64,000 nt of DNA. Origin: Octopus vulgaris. Its lineage: Eukaryota. Shown in pieces: positions 36,401-46,900 of the stretch; position 1 is the first letter of the stretch, and the number at the start of each line of letters is the position of its first letter. The notes beneath the pieces were generated by a model, which did not search any database, had not been told where the DNA came from, and saw only the letters and a list, made by a program, of their open reading frames with translations. The stretch covers positions 4,712,001-4,776,000 of the forward strand of contig OX597815.1 of NCBI GenBank assembly GCA_951406725.2. The letters are read 5' to 3'. The position numbers and the translations under genes are program-made.

Positions 36401-38948
36401 TTGGGGTTAACCCACACTCTTAACAACTACGCCATATGCCTGTAGTGGTTAAGAGTGCAGGTTACTAACCCCAAAATTCCGAGTTTGATTCCAAGCAGTG
36501 ACCTTAATAATAATAATAATAATGAAAAATACGTCAGGAATGAGAACCCAGGTTTGAAATTTCCCCAAGACACCTGATGAAGGCTGGAGGGGGATATCAG
36601 CCGAAACGTTGTGTTAACAACGAACAAGATGAGGACAAATATCCGTCAAATATAAATGTAAATAATTCCTCATCTCTTAAATATAGAAAATACTGTTCTG
36701 TTGTATTCATTTTCTTCTAAAACAGTTTTTTTGCCTTTTTGTCATCTTCTAAACGTATTTCACCTGTTCTCTGTTACTGTTTATATATTTTCCCTTTCCT
36801 TTCTCTTCTAAAAGACCAAACTACCGCCACCGCCTGAAACCAGCAGAGGAGAACCACTCCAGGCTCACCAGTGGACTAGTTTCCTGGATGCGGATGGCAA
36901 GGTTACTAATATTGAGGAAGTGAAGAAAATTATATTTCGAGGTGTAAGTGAATTGTTAAATTTATTTCAGAGTGTAAAGAAGTGCTGATCTTTAACCATG
37001 GAGGGAACTTGGGGAAGAGCTAGACCCAGGATGACATGGGAAAGGGTGGTGAAATGTGTACCGGGTGCTTTTTACATGGCACCGGCAGCAGTTGACAGTT
37101 GAGTGTACCATGCTGTTCCAGACCAGTGATAAATGAATCAGTGTTAAACGAGGCTGTATATATATGAACACTTTAATGTCTAACTCCATGCAAATAATGT
37201 GAAGTGACAACCGAGGGAATAATTTTGGGGATTCAGATTTTAGGGGTTTTTTTTTCTCCCCTAAAGTTTTTACCATTTTGATTTACCATGTTCTTCATCT
37301 TCTCCCCTAACTTTAGGGTATCGAACCTGCAATGCGTGTGGAAGTTTGGAAGTTTCTCTTAGATTATTACAAATGGGACTCAACAAAGAAGAGTCGAGAG
37401 GAGGAACGGAAGAGAAAAGTGTAAGTTTTCTTTCTAATTATCTAATTGGAAATTATCATTTTATCATAATAGCCCTACCACCCCTCCAATTATATTGTTT
37501 AATTAACTTGGTAAGATGAAGGGAATTTAGCTACTGTTTCTAGCAGATCAAGCAGTGATTTGCGTCATAATGTTGCACACAGACCTCACCTGTTGACCAT
37601 ATATTCTCATTCTTGTACCTTGAGGGTGTCCCTCGACGCCTCATCATCATCTTTTCCCTTTTCTTTCTTTCCAGCTTCTACAGCAAGACACTTGTTCCTG
37701 TCCCTCTATCATAGTCTTTTTATGTTTATAGGTGGCTAGTTTGGCCTCCTAGAATTTACAAATGGACTGGAATATATCGGAAAATACAGAATGGAACATA
37801 TCTAAATTGTCTCACTACATCTATGTAATTAAATAAAGTCTAAATCTGTTGAGACATGGTCTATTAATGGAGTAGAGATTGTTTGCCAACATAACATGGC
37901 AGTCCTGGTTTAGGACGAATGTTGCTGTAATTTAGCCCCAGGAGACATCGATCTGTGTCCTTATACTTTTGAACAAAGGAATCTAGCACCCCCACTCAGC
38001 TCAAAACAATATCTGTGTATGGTGATTTTCGGGTTATTTCCCTTCATCAGCATAGAATAATTGTTCAGTTTAGAGGTGGCACTACCAAATTCCTATTTGA
38101 AATATATAGTTTTCAAAGTGACAACTAGTCACTGAACTAGCCACTGTCTCCTTTCTTGAGAAATTTGAAGCCAAAGTTGTGTTACTGTCTTGTTTAAAAG
38201 TGAAAAGTTAATCTGTCTTTTTTTCTTTTTAAATAACTGTTTGTTTGTTTTTTTGTTTCTAGTGATGATTATTTTAAAATGAAACTTCAGTGGAAAACCA
38301 TAAGTGCAGATCAAGAAAGCCGGTTTACTAAACTAAAAGACAGCAAGACACTTATAGGTGGGTTGGCATCGTTAGTTTAATCAGAACATCACCTGAGGTT
38401 GATGATATTGTGTGCACAATTAAACCCATTAGATTATTGCTGCCGGTAGGTGGCGCACCAATCATCATAAAGTCAATCGGTTGTAAGTTGACGATGACCT
38501 GTATCTATATGTGTATTATATATATATCATCATCTATATATATATATATATATACATATTTAATCTTTCTATTATATGTAATTTTCTAGATGGTGTAATT
38601 TAATTTTTCATTTTGAATTGATAAAAGGTGGTTTTTTTCTTCTAATATATATATATCACATGATCACGTGATCGACCAGACCATCAGATGTTTTTACACA
38701 TCGCTGGTCACAATGCGTTCACATTGTTTTAGCCTTTGAATGACGCCACCCCGCTGGCTAAGCGAGCAGGCCAACAGAAGAAAGAGTGGGAGAAAGAGTG
38801 GTGAAAGAGTACAGCAGGGATCACCACCCCCTGCCGGAGCGTTGTGGAGCTTTTAGGTGTTTTCGCTCAATAAACACTCACAACGCCCGGTCTGGGAATC
38901 GAAACCGCGAGTCCGCTGCCCTAACCACTGGGCCATTGCATTGCACCT

Positions 38949-38984
<36 letters not shown>

Positions 38985-40678
38985 TTTGGGAAATTTGATT
39001 TAGTATTTCTAAATTGAATTTTTCCCTGTAAGTTTGGAATAATATTCCCTCATTATTATTATTACATATACATACATTCATATATATGGATCTCTTCTTG
39101 TCTGGGGGTCCCAGATGAACCTACCTCACAACAGGAGACGCAGATGCGGGCAGCGGCATCAAACTCCCTTGTTGATCAAGTGCCACATATCAGAGGTGGA
39201 TTCACATATTAGTGTAGCTCATTCAGCGGTGGTGCCCCAGCATGGCCGCGGCCTTCGGGCTAAAACATTTTTACGGATTTAAGGATTTATATATATATTT
39301 CGCTTTTGTATCTGGTTTGCTGACAAAGTAGACTTGAGATGAAATGAAACCAGAGAAACAGGTGTATTTTATTATAAGTTTTCTTGTGTCAGAGGAACCC
39401 AATATTTGTGTAACTGATGACGTTTTTGTTTGTCTCTCCAGAAAAAGATGTGTCCAGAACCGATCGCACTCACAAATTCTTCGAAGGAGACGGAAATCAT
39501 AACTTACAAGTTCTAAACGACATTCTCAGAACATACTGCATGTATAACTTTGATCTTAGTAAGTTTGGAATTGTTTGCTTTGATATTTTGTCTTGTCTGG
39601 TTGCAGAAAATTCTGAAAGAAAGACCCAACCCCTACCCCACAAAAATTAAAAAAAAGATATGAGGACAGATTTCAACCATTAGTGAAGTTCTGTTTTTAA
39701 GGTGTACCAGCGAGTTTCTATTAATAATACCTATTTCTTTACTACCCACAAGGGGCTAAACATAGAGGGGGACAAACAAGGACAGACAAAGGGATTAAGT
39801 TGATTACATTGACCCCAGTGCGTAACTGGTACTTATTTAATCAACCCCGAAAGGATGAAAGGCAAAGTCGACCTGGGTGGAATTTGAACTCAGAATGTAA
39901 AGACAGACAAAATACCTATTTCTTTATTACCCACAAGGGGCTAAACATAGAGGGGACAAACAAGGACAGAAAAACGGATTAAGTCGATTTTATTGACCCC
40001 AAAAGGATGAAAGGCAAAGTCTCACACCTAACCTACATTGACATTCTAAAAATAAACATTTACATCATTGAAACCTCAAAGCTATAAGATAATGTATGAT
40101 TAATTAAAAACAATTTGAGTGAAAAAGTATTACATTTAACAAAATAATCTGAACACAAAAGGGTTAATAATGCCATTGAGATGGAGTTCACCAAGAAATC
40201 GTCATTTAAGTGTCTGCCTCTGTCTGTTTGCATGGGTTAAACGAGTGTACTTGAGGTAGTTTTTCTACAACTCAAAGCCTTTCCTGTTAACAACCATTAC
40301 TTGTTTTCAAGTGAGATGATAATCTACTTGTCTATTGATTCAGACATGAGCAGCTGAATGTCTGGACATGTTTTCACAGGAAATTGCTAAACAAATGATG
40401 CCATCTTGGTGTGAATGGTAACTTTGTTTACAGTCAGTACAGAGTTACATTGTTTTTCCAGATTTGCAAAACCTATAACTTGGTAAACACAAGAGAAAAA
40501 TGAGTCTAAGCTGGAAGAATTATAGAGTTGTTTCCAAGGATTTCAAAGTAAATATATTTGGCCCCAAAAAATGTTTAGCCCTTTTGATTCCCAGCCAACC
40601 CTGGTTCTATAATACAAACTTACTTCTTAACCCCAAGATCCCGAGTTCGATTCCAGGCAGTGACTGAATAATAATAAC

Positions 40679-40712
<34 letters not shown>

Positions 40713-43700
40713 TTAATAATATGGGTCCCACCTGCTAGGTCATGTGCTGTTAATCTTGATATAATCTTGATATGTCGCGCACATATGGTTGTGATGCATG
40801 TGCCTGGTGTACCCTTATCAGACGGGTAGTCATGATGGGTATACTGGGCTTTGTATATTTTACCCCAGTGTCACTTCGGTGGCATACACTGCTCTCTCAC
40901 TCAATAGTAATAATAATAATAATAATAATAATGATATCGACAAACTTCCTTGTTTTAACCCTTTCGTTACCAACCTGGCCAAATCGATTATATATAAGTT
41001 GATTATATTGACCCCAGTGCGTAACTGGTACTTAATTTATCGACTCCGAAAGGATGAAAGGCAAAGTCGACCTCAGTGGAATTTGAACTCAGAACGTAAC
41101 GGCAGCCGAAATACCGCTAAGTGTTTCGCCTGATGTGCTAACGTTTCTGCCAGCTCTGTAATACAAATGTCTTGTTTTCATAAGTTTTGAATTAAAATCT
41201 TCCACCAAACCTTAGTCACAATTTGTGTTCCTAACACTAGCTGAATGATAACTAAGTTATTTTACTAAATTCTTTGTTATATTTAAAATAATTGAATGAA
41301 ACACAAAGCATCTCAACAGAAATAGGGTAACAAAAGGGTTAAAGTGTTTGCTAAATTAAAACTTACCCATGAGATTTCATGTCAATTTATATTTCAAACT
41401 CCAGTTTAATAATGACAGTTATTTTACTAAATTCTTCATCATTTTTTTTAATTGAATGAAACAAGTGCTGTATATGGTAAAAAACCCAAAAGGGTTAAGT
41501 TACACTTTTCAATTCTACAACGGGCCCAAAACCTCAAATTTGCAGATTTTATTTCTGTTAATGCTGACTAAAGTGTAGCTGTTTCTCAAGTAATTGGTTT
41601 TTAGATTAACCCAACTTTCCTAATCTACTTTAACTCATGGCATCATAGATCAAAATAATACTTACTTGGTTTGCAAGATTCTTTATGTGAATTTGTGTGT
41701 TGAAGCATATTTTATTGTGTCTGGGGAGAGTCATTCTCTTTTAGTACATTATTAATTTAACATACTCACTGGTCTGATTTCCTCTCATTTTCACATAAGT
41801 GAAAATAAATGAGTGGCAATCAGACTGGTGAGTGTGTTAAATTGATAAGACACTAAAAGACACGACTCTCCCCCAGACTCAATAACCAATACTTAAAATT
41901 TCTTCTAAAGTTGTCTCCCTTATTTTACAGGTTATGTTCAAGGAATGAGCGACTTGCTCTCTCCTATATTAGTAATAATGGAAAATGAGGTTGATGCCTT
42001 TTGGTGCTTCGCTGGTTTTATGGAAACTGTTGTAAGTTTCTTTTCTTTGTGTAAACTTCAAATATATGCTTCAAAGGTTGAACCAGAGCTGCAGCTTGCC
42101 AAGGTTCTACGTGTCTTGTCTCCAGTGATAAAACTATTTTAATCCTATCATCATATTGTCATCATCATCATCATCATCATCGTTTAACGTCCGTTTTCCA
42201 TGCTGGCATGGGTTGGACGGTTTGACTGAGGTCTGGAGAGCCAGGAGGCTGCTCTAATCTGATCTGGCAATGTTTCTACAGCTGGATGCCCTTCCTAACG
42301 CCAACCACTCCAAGAGTGTAGTGGGTGCTTTTTATGTGCCTCTGGCACAAGAGTCACTCGGTGGGTACTGGCATCGCCATGTTCAGTTGGTGCTTTTTAT
42401 GTGCCACCAGCATGGGAGCCAGTCAGGGGGATCTGGCATCGACCGAGTTCAGGTGATACTTTTTACATGCCACCAGCATGGGAGCCAGTCAGGCGGATCT
42501 GGCATCGACTGAGTTCAGGTGATACTTTTTACGTGCCACTGGCACGGGAGCCAGTCAGGGGCTACTGGTCACAGCTACGATATTGGTTTTACTTGACTCA
42601 ACAGGTCTTCTCAAGCATATCATATTGCCTGATGCATCTGGGTATTCTTAACAGGGTCAGTCATGCATGGCTGCAATCTCACGTTAGTTGCCGAATCTTC
42701 TCAGTCGCAGCATATCTCCAAAGGTCTCCTTATCATGTTCCTGATTTAATGGGAATAGCATAAACGAAATCTCTTCTGGATTCCTGTTAAAAGAGATAAA
42801 CTACTAAAAATAACCAACTGGTCCCATGTTGCAGCTTTGGGGTCAGCTGTGTTTAGGATTCATTACTTATGAGGTCCCACCATACCTGTTGTTTACTTTT
42901 TTTTTAACCAAATAAAAAAAAAACGATTTTGCAATCAATCAAGCGAATGATAAACCCAGCACTTTGTTTTGTAAACATGCAAGGCCCACAGTTCTAAATT
43001 TAAGAGATGAAGAATAATGTAGATTATTTACATTTGATGGATATTTGTCCTCATCTTTGTTGTTGTTAACATGTTTCGGCTGATATACCCTCCAGCCTTC
43101 ATCAGGTGTCTTGGGGAAATTTCAAAACTGGGTTTTCATCCCTAAGGTAGTTTTTTGATATTATTGTTATTCATGTGGCATAGTGGTTAAGAATACGGGC
43201 TACTAACCCCAAGATTCCAGTGACCTGAATAATAATAATAATAATAATATCAACAACAACATCGAAAATTACCTTAGGAATGTGAACCCAGATTTGAAAT
43301 TTTCCCAAGACAGACTGGAGGGTATTTCAGCCGAAATGTTGTGTTAACAACAAACAAAATGAGGACAAATATCTGTCAAATTTAAATAATATGCAAGGCG
43401 TAGACTTTTTTTTTCATTTGAGCAAATTATTGGTGATATTTACTCTTTGGATGAAGAGCTTAGACTTACGCTGGCAATAAGAGGGATTCAGACAATCAAA
43501 CTGGTGAAAGAGATGTAGAAAGTAATGATCCAGGATAACAAATATGGCAGTTGAGAGAGAAAGGCCTATCATTGTTCTTCTCCTCAGTTTTTTTAAGGAT
43601 TCTGTTCATTGCTTTTCCTGCAGTCATTTCTCTTGAACTGTATGGGCGACTGATAGCATGTTGTCAACTTAATGTGACAGTCCCATGAAAGGGAAGAATG

Positions 43701-43896
43701 CTACTGTTATTTAGCCCTGGGAAACACCGTTTCCTATTGGACTTGACACATTTCTTGTGTCCTTATGTTTTCAAAGGTGGAGACAAGCACCTCCACCCAG
43801 CAAAGCCAGCATCCAGAGACTAGTTTCAGGGTCGTTGCTCATCATCAGTCTGGAGTAGCATGGCTTGCTGGCTGTTGATGCCTATCCATCTTTGAA

Positions 43897-43960
<64 letters not shown>

Positions 43961-46900
43961 TATACATTCACTGATTTTTGAAAATAGAATTAATATATTT
44001 CTACATCTCTGAGATTTATGCAGTAGCAGTATGATAATCTCTGAGAGATTTAGAAATGTGTCAAAATCCAATAGGAAACGGTATTTCCTAGGGCTAAATA
44101 ACAGTAGCATTCTTCCCTTTCATGGGACTGTCACATACCACTACTTTATCGTGCTGCTACTGCATAAATCTCTCTGAGAGATTTAGAAATGTATTATTTC
44201 TATTTTTTTTTGCTCGGGAGTTCAGGTGAAGAGTAAAGTTAGACACAAGGGCCCGGCTCCGAGTAGGTTAACTCTCTGTTAAATTATGTATTTGTTATGG
44301 GTGTATATAAAGTTATTTACCATATTTTGAGGTGTTTTTTTTTTTTTTCGTTTTGCTTTCAGTGTAGTAACTTCGAAATGGATCAACAAGGTATGAAAAC
44401 GCAGCTGGCACAAATGCACACTTTGATGCAGTTTGTGGACCCTGAATTGTGCAGTTATCTTGGTAAGTATTTCTTAATGCGATAGACCCCACCCCACCCT
44501 CTAGCTTTTCATCTTTCTCTTGTCGCAGCTGAACTTCATAATTACTTTGAGAAATTAATTATAAACAATGCAAGCTAAAAAAAAATCTTGAAGTGGTTTA
44601 TTGTAAAACTAGCAGTATCGCCCGGCGTTGCTCGGGTTTGTTTTCTTTTCGACCCTTTAGAATTGGAGTTTTTGGAAAGTAAAAATTTTGCATTATGTAG
44701 CTTGTTATTCTCTTTAAGTGAACATTTTTTTCTGGTTGAAATACATCGAAAAATGGCGACACAACAGTCTAAAAATCTTTAAAAAAAAATAGGGATTTTC
44801 ATAGAAAAAAAGCACCTTTTTGATGTAAATAATTTTTGGCGTTAACATGGTCCGATTTGAATTTTTTCTTCTACGGAAGGAAGAGCGAGCCTTCTTCTAT
44901 CATACTCTCAATTTTGGTCAACTTGTGCCGCAGGGTCTCGGAGGAGATAGTGTTAGTTGAAGGCTACCAAACCTGCCATACACAGACAACTTCAGCTTTA
45001 TATATAGAGAGATTTGTTATTGCAGTTAAATAATAATAATAATAATAAGCCTTTCTACTATAGGCACAAGGCCTGAAATTTGGGGGGGGTACAGTCGATT
45101 AGTTTGGCCTCAGTATATAACTGGTATTTAATTTATCGACCCCTATCCATCAAATGTAAATAATATAAATAATGCATAAGCAATTTATTGCACATAAATT
45201 CTAAAAACAAAATCTTCTCTGGACCCCCAAGGGTCATATCGGACGCATTTAAGAACCACTTGTTTAGAGCTGTATATGAGTTCCATCCATCCATGAAATT
45301 AACCGTGCCTCTACATTGTGCCACTTATCAAATGTCAGAAGTGACTGCAGAAGTGCTTTGCTCAACACAAAATGCTGCCCAGACCGGGAATTGAAACCAT
45401 AATCTTGTGATTGTGAGTGCAACACTAACTACTTGGCCAAGTGCCTTCATATTCTGTAGTATGCACACAGGTATTGTCTTGGTTTCACTATTGCTGGACA
45501 CATCTTTGCCACCCTCTCTCATCATCATCGTTTTCCTCTTTATCTGACTCACCAAATCTCCTTACCTTACTCTCAGACTCCATCTCCTTTCTCTTCCACC
45601 TGGGCTGTGTCCATCTACCTACAGCAAGGCACCCATCCGTGTCCCTCTTTACCTTTAATCTCTCAACTGACACAAAGCCACCCACCACTTTAGCACTACT
45701 AAGCCGAAAGGTTCTTTGTCTTGCAAGTTGCTTGGCGACCCTGGTGGTGCTGGTGCCACTTAAAATAGTACCCAGAAGACTGTAAGGTGGTTGGCATTAG
45801 GAAGGGTATCCAGGTGTAGAAACCACACCAAAACAGACAACGGAACCTGGTGCAGCTCCTGGCCTTACCAGCACCTGGCCTTACCAGCACCTGGCCTTAC
45901 CAGCACCAGGCCTTACCAGCACCAGGCCTTACCAGCACCAAGCACCTGGCCTTACTAGCACCAGGCCTTAACCAGCTCCTGGCCTTACCAGCACCAGGCC
46001 TTACCAGCACCTGGCCTTACCAGCACCAGGCCTTAACCAGCTCCTGGCCTTACCAGCACCAGGCCTTACCAGCACCTGGCCTTACCAGCACCTGGCCTTA
46101 CCAGCACCTGGCCTTACCAGCACCTGGCCTTACCAGCACCTGGCCTTAACCAGTTCCCGGCCTTACCCAGCTCCCAGCCATACCCATCTTACCCAGCTCC
46201 TGTCAAACCATCCAACCCATGCCAACATGGAAAAACAGATGATGATGATTATACTACAAAATGTTTTGAGATTTTGACATTTTTTTGTTCTTAAATTTCA
46301 GAGAGCCATGATTCAGGGAATTTCTATTTTTGTTTCCGTTGGTTATTGATTGTCTTCAAACGAGAATTTAGTTTCCCAGATATACAGAGATTATGGGAGG
46401 TACTGTATGCACCCTTTCTTTTCAAATTTCGATAAATTGCAAATAATATAAACTTGAAAATACAAGATGTGTGTGTGGTTGAGCTAATGCCAAGGAACAG
46501 TGAATGTCTTTGTATGGTTAATCTGACTCTGAGAATAGGTTCAAGTGTGGCTCCCGGTTCAGTCCCACTATGTGGTACCTTGGCCAAGTGTGTTCTATAT
46601 ACCTCAGCCAAGCAAAATCTTGTGAATGGATTTAAGGAAATGACTAGTGACTGAGACTTTTGGAAATATGCTGTGCTTGAGAAGACCCAGCAAGCCAAAT
46701 GAGACCATAACCTCGTGGCCTATACCAGTGGGTGTAACCGGCCCACTTATGCGTAACTTTTCCTTCTTTGGACACTAAACTCTGCTTGTGAAGACCTGTT
46801 GATGCAAGTGAAATCAAAATCAAATTCGATGACTGGCGTCCGTGCTACCGAGGTGGAAAGATCACCATCCGAGTGTGATCGTTGCCAGAGTGGCTATCTG

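Larger units (their letters stand above)
36211..36690. mobile_element. Head-to-head inverted element: tRNA-like head + (TAA)n + hammerhead motif (Penelope-like, non-autonomous)
   Basis: About 220-bp inverted arms. Related copies at 42990-43390, 58992-59190 and 40628-40720 (head only). Confidence 0.7.

Noticed and set aside
37362-37364. Asp codon GAT in WKFLLDYY as a second Gly-restoring editing site
   Set aside because: A 5' G neighbour is disfavoured by ADAR, and as recalled this position varies (N/D) in invertebrate orthologs.
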